The notes beneath the pieces were generated by a model that was given only the letters and a program-made list of their open reading frames with translations, searched no databases and was not told the origin of the DNA. Of a DNA stretch of 64,000 nt, positions 53,942 through 64,000 are shown piece by piece. The translations under genes were made by a program, and so were the position numbers. The stretch lies in the NCBI RefSeq assembly GCF_009914755.1, contig NC_060932.1. One strand, written 5' to 3'. How positions within the stretch are numbered: the first letter of the stretch is position 1; each line of letters begins with the position of its first letter. This DNA is from the human T2T-CHM13v2.0 reference genome, Homo sapiens.

Positions 53942-54691
53942 TGATATAGAACTGAGCTGGCATGCACTCGCCCAACACAGTAAAGCCAGATGCTCACACC
54001 GAAGTTTTGGCAGTGATGTAAAGAAGGCGTTTACTGGAGAGCACTGGGCAAGGAGACCAGGCAGCTGCCGCTCTAATCCTGGCCTCCCTGATGGCTATAG
54101 CAAGGATTTTTAAAGGTAGGGGTGCAGAAGCTGCAGGCAACATCATAAATCAACCCATGGAGGCCACACATTGGTTTAAGCTTAGAAGGGCAGGACGCCC
54201 AGTCGCTGGGGCTCATGGATCATAGATGGATTCAGAGATCTTCTCATTTGCAACTGGTTAAAGAAGAGAAGCTTTGTTTAAAAATTTGGGGGTCAACAGA
54301 AAAATGTTAACTCGCTAGAAAGACTTACTTTCTCCAAGGCCCTCAGGGAGAAATTTAGAGCAAAGGGCAATCCTTGAAGTTGTGTCTTCACTTCCCCCTA
54401 ATCTGGGGTCTGTGTGTGGTGGGGTCCTTAGTCGGGGTCAGAGCCTGTGAAGGACAGTTCAAGGGCAGTTTCCAGGCGTTCCTTTAGTTTCCAGAAGAAA
54501 GCAAACATCTCTGGAGCACTAGCTTCCTTGGCTATTGTTTTAGGTGATTACCTTCTTAACAAGCTACTTAAGCACTCCTGGGGCCAGCCAGATACCTGGC
54601 ATTTTTCTGAAAAGAACTTTGGAATTTTCCTTTACTTCCATGCCTGGGGGTTTGCAGGCTCCTGAAAGTGGGGGGTTTCCAGTTCATTTCA
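53942..54691 (-). mobile_element. ERV1-class (MER4-group-like) solo LTR, 750 bp, with 4-bp TSD; subfamily not called
   Basis: TG..CA ends with ACCT on both sides (53938-41, 54692-95); internal text gcaaggagaccaggcagct..ctccctgatggct..ttttaaagg..catagatggattcagagat. Confidence 0.8.
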
Positions 54692-55234
54692 ACCTCTCTG
54701 CAGAAGATTATGATTAGAAAATCATCAAAAATAAATTCATCTTTCTTTAAAACCAGGAAGTTATCATAAAATTATATTGATCATTAATAGGAGTCATGAG
54801 AAATATATATGAATAAAAATATATATTTTTTGCTTTTAGAAGGGACTTAGAATGATAAGTAATAGATATGTCTTCTGGAAAACAATTAAGTCCAACTTTA
54901 TCAGAAATAGATTTCTGAAACTGTGACTATTTTGACCAAATTATAAAGCTGGTTTGGAGTTAAGAAGGGCCTGGACACAAACACTTTGCTCACCAAGTCA
55001 AAATAAATATTATTCAGATTTTATTACAGCATAAATTCTAGTTTAGCCAGCATCACAAATGTGAGGAATTCATATTAATATTAATCATATGAATGTAAGC
55101 AATAGAATTAAGAGTAATCTAAAACCAGACTTTGATTTTTGGATTTCAGATAACACAGTAGTATTTAATTTGTAATGAACATCACACAGTTGTTTTATAC
55201 AATCATAAAATCCGTATTGGGAATTGATTAACCC

Positions 55235-55906
55235 TTTTTTTTTTTAAGTTCAGTGGTACAAGTGCAGGTTTGTTACATAGGTAAATGTGTGTCATGGGGG
55301 TTTGTGATACAAATTGTTTCCTTATCCAGATATTAAGCCCAGTACCCATTAGTTACTTTTCCTACTCCTCCCCCTCCTCCCCCCTCCACCTCCCACAGGC
55401 CCCTGTGGATGTTGGTCCCCTTTATGCATCCATGAGTTCTCATCATTTAGCTCCCACTTATAAGACAGAACATGTGGCATTTGTTTTCTCTCCATTAGTT
55501 CACTGAGGATAATGGCCTCCAGTTCCATCTGTGTTCCTGCCAAGGACATGATCTTGTTCTTTTTATGGCTGCATAGTATTCCATGGTATACATGTACCAC
55601 ATTTTCTTAATCCAGTCTACCATTGATGGCATTTAGGTTGATTCCATGTTTTTGCTCTTGTGAATAGTGCCGCAATGAACGTGCATGTGTCTTAGTGGTA
55701 GAACGATGTATATTCCTTTGGGTTTATACCCAGTCATGGGATTGCTTGGTGCAATGGTAGTTCTGTTTTTAGGTCTTTGAGGCATCACCACTCTGTCTTC
55801 CACAATGGTTGAGTAATTTACACTCCCACCAACAGTGTATAAGCAATTCCTTTTTTTCTGCCACCTTGTCAGCATGTGTTATTTTTTGAGTTTTTAGTAA
55901 TAGCCA
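55235..55906 (-). mobile_element. L1PA (older subfamily) 3' fragment, 5'-truncated
   Basis: Poly-T then L1PA 3' UTR and ORF2 end (minus ORF 55349-55600: KIMSLAGTQMELEAIILSEL). Possible degenerate TSD ggaatt..attaa. Confidence 0.92.
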
Positions 55907-56003
55907 GGAATTTGCATTAAATTAATTAATGATAGAACTTACATTAATCATATTAATAATGTAAGCAATGTAATCTAAAACATGATTTCAAATTGAATAA
56001 ACT

Positions 56004-56365
56004 TGTATAAGTTCGTTTTCACACTGCTATAAAGAACTGCCTGAGAATGGGTAATTTATAAAGGAAAGAGGTTTAACTGACTCACAGTTCAGCAGGGCTG
56101 GGGAGGCCTCAGGAAACTTATTCATGGTGGAAGGAGAAGCAGGCCCATATTACGTGGCGGCAGGCGAGGGAGAGCATGTGAGAGCACAGAAAAAAACACC
56201 ATTTATAATATAAACCAGATCTCCTGAGAACTCACTATCATGGGAACAGTGTGGGGGAGACCTCCCTCCGTGATCCAATCCCCTCCCGCCAGGTCTCTCC
56301 CTAAACACTTGGGGGTTACCATACAAGATGAGATTTGGGTGGGGATATCAATAGAATCAATATCA
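56004..56365 (-). mobile_element. THE1 (THE1D-like) MaLR solo LTR
   Basis: tgtat..cgttttcacactgctataaagaactgcctgaga..gggtaatttataaaggaaagagg..ggggaggcctcaggaaactt..agatgagatttgggtgggga..atatca; flanked by AACT. Confidence 0.92.
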
Positions 56366-58389
56366 AACTCTATTGATTAAACTTTGAATATGATTTTTAG
56401 TGCTAAAGAGACTCCGATAAGATGATTCTATTCTTTATTTTCTATTTCCTCCATTCTTGTCACTGAAAGGTGTCCCTCCCCAAGGACTCTAACACCTTAA
56501 CCTGTAAAGCTTTCTGGGATTTGACAGTTTTTTTGCTGCTATTGGTTACATAAAATTACAAGTATAGGCACTTACCCTATATAACATTGTGGGGTTTTTT
56601 GTTTTGTTTTTGCTTTTTAACAAATATATGTCAGTTAGTATTTTCCAATCTGCCTAAGGAAAACCTTTGTCCCCAAATCCATTTTCAAGAATTAAAAAGC
56701 AGCTTCAGGACACAGTTTCATAAAAACAAAAGCAAAGCTAAGGACCCAGGCGGCTGTCTGAGTGCATCTCGTCTTAGGGGAAAGAGCCTTTGAGGGTGCG
56801 TCAGTGGAGAGGCGGAAATGGTTTTAGGAACCACGCAGAGATAGTTACTTAGAGATTTCTCACCTTGGATCCTAGAAGGGTTTTTTTGTGGGTTTTTTTT
56901 TTTTTTTTTTTTTTTTTTTGTCCATATCTTAAGAAGCGCTAGACTCTGAAAAGGGGCATGCGGTCTTTCAGGAGACGGAGCGTGGCACACCTAAGGGGAA
57001 CGACATTCTCAAGGTGATCCCTTCCTCACTGCCTTGCGGCATGTCAGAAAGTGTGCTTTCCAGGAACTGCAGGTTGGGCGCTAAGCCTTCGTTTGAAAAA
57101 AGCCAAACCTCTCCATGGATCCCTAAGCTTACCGATGCAGAGGATGGCCACTTTTGTGGACAGTATGAGCTGGTGATATTTCTGGTAGAAAAACACGAAG
57201 GAGATGTTCATGATGACAAAACAATAGATCTCTGCTGAGCACGGGGGATTGGCAGGAATCATCGCAGGGAAGGTTGCCCGTCGTGTAATCACAAGCAATC
57301 ATTTTTCGAAGTTAAGAAACAAGATTTAAACTGCTTTACAGTTTACCTCTTGGCCACAGAGCACAGAATCAATGAGCCAGATCCTCCAAAAATCAAACTT
57401 TATTCAAGTCAAGAAGCTCATTCTCTTCCTGTGCTTAAGATATTTTTCCCAACCTGCTCATGAAAAATTCACGCAAGGGATTTGAGATTCCCCTTGCCTT
57501 CCTCTTGCTTCCAGGGGAAGCTGCCAGGTAGAAGTAGTGAGGAATCTGGTATCGCACTGTCCCAAGGGGCGGGACACCTGCCTTTGAAGACCCCTGGGTT
57601 CTGCTCCCTTAGGCACATGAGTTGGGTTGACCTCACACCTGGCCTCAATTTCCAGCCCTCTCATTTACCAGCGAATAGACTTCAAACCTCGTAAAAAAAA
57701 ACTCCCCTCCCATCAGCCATGAAGTGGGCTTGTAACTCAGATGCCCCGCAGCCTGTCCACAGCAGATGCTCGTGGGAGAGAAGGGAGTGGGAACACAGCT
57801 TCCCTGCAGCAGCAGATCTGGACAGCTCTCTGGCTCCCCATACAGGCCGGGGTGGATGCCCTCCTCATCGTCAGGCTGGCTCTGCATAATCAAAGCTTCC
57901 TTCGTGAGGGCCACGGCAGACAACGTGGCTAGCACCAAGTACGGTGCCTGGTGTGTAGACAACATAGGGCACTCAGATCTAGTGCCTGGTGCACAGCAGA
58001 CCCATGACTCTGAACACATGACTATGCTCAGTAAAAACGTCTTTCTCTATGCTCTTCAAATTGAATGTGGATTCCCCCAGCTTCGTGCCTGAAGAGAGTG
58101 AGGAACCACCCGAAGCCAGCTCTTGAGGCTGGCAAACATGGAGGCCAGGGAGCAGGAGCACACGGGGCGTGTTGGTGGTGCAGGTGCGCCTAGAAGACCA
58201 GGCCTGGCTGCTCTCCAGAATGGCCATTTTTAAATGTAGTGATCTTAAATGGTGAAGAGTAAATGCTCAGAACAAAGACATTTGATAGCACCTGTTGAGT
58301 GCTGGAGGTATTCTGTTTGTGCTGCTTCAGCTTGTGTGTAGTATGTCTGAAAAACTGTAATCCTGCCTCTCAAGATGGTGCCCAGCCAC

Positions 58390-58767
58390 TGTGCTAGCTC
58401 AGGCCATGATCCCAGAATGGCTCAAACAACAGGAACTTATGTTCTTGCAGTTCTGGAGGCTGGCAGTCGAGGACAAGGGGCCCATAGCCTGGTTGGTTTC
58501 TCCTGAGGCCTCTCTTCCCAGCTTGCAGCGTGGCCTCCTCCTTGTGGCCTCCTCCCTGTGTGCCGGGGCCTCCCCTCTGTGCATGAGTAGGGGAGAGCCC
58601 TGGCATCTGTTCCCCTTGTTACAAAGACACCAGTCCTATTGAATTAGGGTTCACTCAAAACCTCATTTAACCTGGATTGTTTCTTCCTAGGCCGTCTCCA
58701 AACTATAGTCCTATTGGACTGGTGCACCAAATATGGATTTGGGGTGTGCGTAATTCAGTCCATAGCA
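58390..58767 (-). mobile_element. MaLR solo LTR (MLT1B-like)
   Basis: aaacaacagga..cagttctggaggctgg..ttggtttctcctgaggcctctct..gacaccagtcctattgaattaggg..aattcagtccatagca; TSD-like (g/c)ccac. Confidence 0.85.
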
Positions 58768-59183
58768 CCCACCAAACCACAGAAGCTGCCCCGAGCTGAT
58801 GTCCCGCTATCGGTGCGGCTGCAGGACACTGTCCCATTGCTGCATGGAGCCTCTCGCTGTCTGAGCCTCACCTGAAGCCGGCCCACACCATTTTCTTACT
58901 CTATGCATTGGAGCGAAAATGTTTAATTGACTACGATGGGTGATTCCTAAAGTTATATTTGACTCAGAAAAAAATGCATTAGTAAAACTCCCTGTTTGAA
59001 TGTTTCTAGTATTCACAGCCCGGGTCACTGTCTTTCTATAACGATTGGTATCTGAAATAAGAACATGGGCTGCAACTTACAGCCTTGCTCTTTCTACTAT
59101 ATAAACTTCCCTAATCAAATATTTTTCATTAAAAAAATGTGTTTTTGGAAATAAACAGTTACAACCTGGTTCCCAGCTCTCTC

Positions 59184-59427
59184 TTTTTATTTTTTTTCTT
59201 TTAAGACAGAGTCTAACTCTTGCCCAGGCTGGAGTGCAGTGGCGTGACCTCAGCTCACTGCAATCTCTGCCTCCGGGGTTCAAGCAGTTCTAGTGCTTCA
59301 CCCCCTGGGGTAGCTGGGACTGCAGGCATGGGCCGCCATGCTGGTCACAAACTCCTGGCCTCAAGCAATCCACCCGCCTCAGCCTCCCATCATGTAGGAT
59401 TACAGGCGTGAGCCACGGCGCCCGGCC
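59184..59427 (-). mobile_element. Alu with an internal deletion of the central A-rich linker
   Basis: Right-arm text runs into left-arm text at gccatgc|tggtcacaaactcctgg; about 55-60 bp of consensus is missing. Confidence 0.9.
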
Positions 59428-60106
59428 CCCTCTCTCGATGGAAGCTTTTCACATCCACACTGCCCCGCTGACACCGGGATGGCAGCTCTTAATCCCTTGA
59501 TGCCATGAATCCAGCAGAGCGAGCCTGAGAATGGATTTGAGGGGAAACGGGGTGTCTCCCAGCTCACTGGTGCTCAGCTTTGGAAAGCGCAGCTCCTGGG
59601 TGGCTTTCCTCAATGCTCCCTGAGTCCCCTGTTGGTTCTCTAAGCATCGCAGGAGCCTAGGTTTCCCCTGGGAGCCACTTGGGGAGGCCTGGGTGTCCTG
59701 TCTGCATGCCGATGAAGACCTCACAGGGGGCTGGAAGCTCTGCAGGCCCTGCCTGCCCTGCATGCTTCCCCCACTGCGAGGGATTTCTCCACAGATCTGG
59801 CTTCTCCCCTGCTGAACCTGTGCTTTCTGATCTGCCTCACTCGTGGCCTCACTCATGGCCATCGGCCCTCAGGTCCACGGGGCCCTGAAAATGCTTTGAA
59901 TAGAGCAGGCTGGGGTGGGCTGGCAAGCAGAGAGGGACACAGGCAGCCCATTAGAAACACGAGAAGACACTGAGAAGTTCAAGTGCGAATAAAGTGCCGA
60001 GTGACATTCCCAACGAATTCCGTCTTTAAATGGAATGTTGCTGGCCTCCCTCTCAGGTCTGCAAAAATATTTTTTGAAGCCAAGTTTCAGTCTGCAGCGG
60101 TGCCTT

Positions 60107-60389
60107 CTCTTCCTGTTTATTTACTAGTCCTGGCCTGTGCGGCTGGTGGGAAATTCTTCCTGTTTATTTACTTGTCCTGACCTGTGCAGCTGGTGGGAAA
60201 CTCTTCCTGTTTATTTACTAGTCCTGGCCTGTGCGGCTGGTGGGAAACTCTTCCTGTTTATTTACTAGTCCTGGCCTGTGCGGCTGGTGGGAGACTCCTC
60301 CTGTTTATTTACTTGTCCTGGCCTGTGCGGCTGGTGGGAAACTCTTCCTGTTTATTTACTGGTTCTGGCCTGTGCGGCTGGTGGGAAAC
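60107..60389. repeat. Minisatellite, 47-bp unit, 6 copies
   Basis: ctcttcctgtttatttact(a/t)gtcctggcctgtgcggctggtgggaaa at 60107, 60154, 60201, 60248, 60295, 60342. Confidence 0.97.
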
Positions 60390-60693
60390 GTTCACCCTGC
60401 CTCAGCCCCCTGGCTGGTTACGCACTGTTCTAGTTGAAGGAACTTTTGAAATTGCTCTGGAAGTCCTGGTTGTTCAGGTGTTTCCTCGGGTGATGACTGT
60501 TTCCTGAGCGCCTGCTGCCGGCCGCTGCGGCCTGGCTGGGGGGATGTGGGCATGGGTGGCCTGCTGGGCTGCCTGTGAGACTGGGGTGTGCACAGGGCGG
60601 GGGGAGCTCCCAGCCACCAATGGCTGCCCCTCGTTGCCCCTGTGTTCTCTGCCAACAGCTGTGCTTATCTTACAAAATCAGGTCAGTAAGCAC

Positions 60694-61008
60694 TGTCTCA
60701 GCTGAGGCTGCAGGGATGCAATACCATAGGCTGGACAGCCTTGGCAGCAGACATTTCCTTCTCACAGTTCTGCAGGCTGCAAGTCCGTGATCAAGGTGCA
60801 GCAGGTGTGGAATCTATGGATGATGGTGTCCTGGCTCACAGATAACACCCTCTCATGTGTCCTCACGTGGAGCAAGGGGCCTCCCTCGGCGCTAATCCCA
60901 TTTGCAGGAGCCCCACCCTCTCAACCTAGTCACCTCCCAAAGCCATCACCTTGGGGGTTAAGATTTCACTGTGTGAATCTTGAGGGTACAAACATTCAGT
61001 CCGTGGCA
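60694..61008 (-). mobile_element. MaLR solo LTR (MLT1A/MST-like)
   Basis: aataccataggctgg..ttctcacagttctg..aagtcc..gatcaaggtg..tgtcctcacgtgg..tcacctcccaaag..ccatcaccttgggggttaagatttca..aacattcagtccgtggca. Confidence 0.85.
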
Positions 61009-61179
61009 AGTAGGAAGCCCACAGGTCACTAATTAACATGAAGCCCAGGGAGACACTTTATCAAGGGAACAGTAAGGCCACCTAGAACTGTGGCACCCGA
61101 CAGGCCCCTGTTATTTCAGGACCTTCTTGGAGAGGGAGTGAGGATGGTGCCTGGCACGGGGTTTGGGGTCTGACAGGTC

Positions 61180-61610
61180 CCAGGGGCTCTCTCAGCACCG
61201 TAAGTGTATTAACTTTTTTAATTCTCATAAGGGGTCTGTGGCGTAGGGTTCTATTACTGGCTGCAGTTAAGGTGAGGGAAATGGGGGGGAAGTGAGGGGA
61301 TTTCCCTGAGGTCACACGGCTGGTATTTGGCAGAGCGAGGCTTGAACTTGGATATTCTGGGGCCTGAGCCAGCCTTGCTGCCCTCTCCACTGTGCAGGAA
61401 CATGGCACATTTTCATAACATTTCAAATTTTAAATGGTGCTTTTTTTCTATGTAAGCATCATAACAGTGTGGCCATCAGCCCAGTAAGAAGAATCATCTC
61501 CCATTTCCATTACAAGGAAACCTAGATTCAGAGCAGATACAGCACTTGGCCAGGCCCATGTCGTAGCGGGGAGGTGCGACCAGGGTGACATGAAACTCCG
61601 GGCCTCAGCG
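61180..61610 (-). mobile_element. Two degraded MIR fragments
   Basis: ttaattctcataa..gaggtcacacggctggta..ggcagagc..cttgaac, and atcatctcccatttc..aaggaaacctagattcagag. Confidence 0.55.
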
Positions 61611-61889
61611 CTCGTCCCGCTCTGCCGAGGGCATTCCTGGATGAAGTGTTGCCGGGTGGGTGACAGCACCTCTGCTCCTTGGGAGGCTCTGGATGGTCCC
61701 ACGCCTTCCCTCTGGCCTCCCTTCCATCTGGAAGGCAGAAGAGGGCACACACACCTGCTCCGTCCTCTTTGCAGTCTCCTCCATGCCTCATGCCCTAGGG
61801 TGCTTGTTCCCCTACCAGTGGTCTGTCCCAGCAACTCCCAGAACCAGCCCTGGTGCCCTTCGGAGGCCCCTGGGTCCCATGCACCTGCT

Positions 61890-62025
61890 CAGAGGCCTCC
61901 TGGGGCTCTGGCCCTCATCCTCCTTTCCCTCACTCAGCCGGGCTGGGAGCTGACTTATCAGAGGCCCCATAGGGCTCTGGCCCTGACCCTCCCTTCCCTC
62001 ACTCAGCCAGGCTGGGAGCTGACTT
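61890..62025. repeat. Two-copy duplication, 69 bp
   Basis: cagaggcc..gggctctggccct..cctc(c)ttccctcactcagcc(g/a)ggctgggagctgactt at 61890 and 61959. Confidence 0.88.
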
Positions 62026-62081
62026 CCTAGGTTGTCCTCCTGTAGTTCTTGCCACCTTGTTCTTTTTAAATTCCCTGCCTT

Positions 62082-62390
62082 GGCCGGGCACAATGACTCA
62101 TACCTGTAATCCCAGCACTTTGGGAGGCTGAGGTGGGCAGATCACTTGAGATCAGGAGTTCAGAGACCAGCCTGGCCAACAGGGTGAAACCCTGTCTCTA
62201 CTAAAAATACAAAAATTAGCTAGGCGTGGTGGCATATGCCTGTAATCCCAGCTACTCAGAGGCCAAGGCAGGAGAATCGGCAGAAAAATCGCTTGAACCG
62301 GGGGGTGGAGGTTGCAGTGAGCAGAGATTATGCCACTGCACTCCAGCCTGGGTGACAGGGCAAGACTCTGTCTCAAAAATAGATAAAAAT
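62082..62390 (+). mobile_element. Alu (AluSx-like) with a small internal duplication
   Basis: ggccgggcacaatgactcatacctgtaatcccagcactttgggagg..; gcaggagaatcg gcagaaaaatcg duplicated; degenerate TSD taa(a/g)ttc(c/t)ctg(c/t)ctt. Confidence 0.94.
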
Positions 62391-62879
62391 GATAAGTTCT
62401 CTGTCTTCTTCATTGAAGGTGTGGCAGGAATGTGGTTTGGTTTCCTTGGGTCTGTCTTTGTTGAGTTCAGGACTCTGCTGTGTCCTGTGGACAGTAATGA
62501 TGGGGAGGCCGTGCTGCCTGGAAAAGGCAGCTTTCTCCTGGGGAGGGACTGAGGGGCTTTTACGTGGGGGCTGGGTCATGACTTCCAAAGCAGGTGTGGG
62601 AGTGACAGGGAGTGTTCAACTGAGATTAGAGAAAGGTGTTCGTTTCAACTGAGCGTTGAAAGTTGAATACTTTTTAAATTAACTTATTTTTAAATTCTGT
62701 AACTGGATTCCCCAACAAAATTGAATTTGGGCTAAAGAAACCCAATTGGACCTGATTTATTTTATGCTTGATAAAGCATTTCAAGCATTATTTTATGCTT
62801 AAAAACTCACGGGCACGTGAATCAGAACTCTTGAATTCCACACAGCTGATGGTTAGAAGAGAGCCTATATTATTAAAAA

Positions 62880-63240
62880 AAGAAAAATGTAATCCAGAAT
62901 GTTGGTGTTGTGGTCAAATAGGATCTTTCTTATATTATTAATGGGAACTCAGACAGCCATAACCTTTATAAGAGATTACACCAATTCTAGAATATTTTTC
63001 CTGTGGACATACTCAAAGACATGGGTAAGTATTAGCAAAAATTTGGAAACAACCTTCAGGTTCTAACATAGAGGAATGAGAAAATGAATTATGTACCCAA
63101 AACTTGGCAACAAAAATCATAGTCTTCAAGAATATTTAATAACATGAGTAAAGTGCTTAACATATAAAAATGACTGAAAAAAATGACTCAAGGCTGAATA
63201 CTAATGATATTTATACAAAAGCTTGATGCTTATGTTTAGA
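62880..63240 (+). mobile_element. Probable old L1ME-type fragment
   Basis: caattctagaatattt..tagcaaaaatttggaaacaacct..atagaggaatg..atgaattatgtac resembles the L1ME ORF2 end and 3' UTR. Confidence 0.45.
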
Positions 63241-64000
63241 TTTTAGATGCTTTCTTTGTTTCTCTAAATTTTGAAAAATATTTTCAAAAATTTCTGAAAT
63301 GAACTCATTATAATTTTTAAGCATGCTATAAAGATTGTATATGGAAAAATTTGCAAATAAGTAAGCTTATTTTTTGTTTAAGAATGACTTGGAGAAATAC
63401 ATCTCAAGGTATTTTTCTGCTTTTTAGATGATTCAGAAGTGTCCATATTCTGCCTACTTATATAAGTTTTTTTTTTTTGCTATGAAATTGCCATTTTAGA
63501 CAATCGTTTTTCCTAAGAAATCTTTGGAAAGTAAATTTGCATTTTATTTAAGGATTTGAAGATCTTTAAGGTTCTGAGAGGTTGCTATACAGTTTTTTGT
63601 GTGTATTAATTGTATAATAAAATTATGCATCATAAGGTGGTTCACCAACAGAATGAAGGGTTATACAGTTAATTTTTTTCTGAAGAAAAAAAGTACGACA
63701 CAGAAGCCATGAGTTCTGAGCATCACATGCCTCATAATTTTAAATGTTAGAGAAAATGAGTTGATAGGCTTAGCATATCCCTTGAACGTAGAGATTTGCA
63801 AGAAAGAAGCTAGATGCAGTGTTCGCACACAGAGATTAGAAGGGAAGCCAGTGTTCCCTTACGGCTTCGATAGATATTTGTGAATTATTTGGGTCTAGTA
63901 TAGAACATCTTTTGTAAAAGTGCCATAAGAAGATAAAACATGGCATTTCTGACGTGAAGAGCTGAAAAGGGCAGGTCTCAATTCATGCTTGTTCTGTAAG

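Overview
Primate, most likely human, genomic DNA (Alu J/S/Y, L1PA/L1M, MIR, MaLR/ERVL/ERV1 LTRs, MER44). No multi-exon protein-coding gene, RNA gene or CRISPR-like system can be supported. Every long ORF in the track comes from a stop-free tandem repeat or a decayed L1/Alu. The window looks like a subtelomeric large intron. About 18 distinct minisatellites cover roughly 11 kb (~17%; ~40% of 10-32 kb), and there are about a dozen two-copy 30-120 bp duplications. Almost all long L1s and LTRs lie on the minus strand, which suggests a host gene transcribed on +. The best gene-related candidate is a repeat-free block at ~39.5-40.3 kb with a GC box, a D-box, (GCT)7 and ATG GGA CTA G|GTGAGT (possible alternative first exon). 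The most interesting signals are VNTRs that multiply transcription-factor motifs: 14 perfect GLI sites (41.8-43.3 kb), FOX:ETS plus RBPJ composites (60.1-60.4 kb), EGR-type sites in a CpG-island VNTR (20.3-20.7 kb), TTCN4GAA sites (27-28.2 kb) and E-box/UGCAUG motifs (29.9-32 kb). Three VNTRs were visibly born inside old transposons. Repeat family names come from remembered consensus sequences and counts were made by eye; both need RepeatMasker/TRF confirmation. I found no convincing new biological system beyond these hypotheses.
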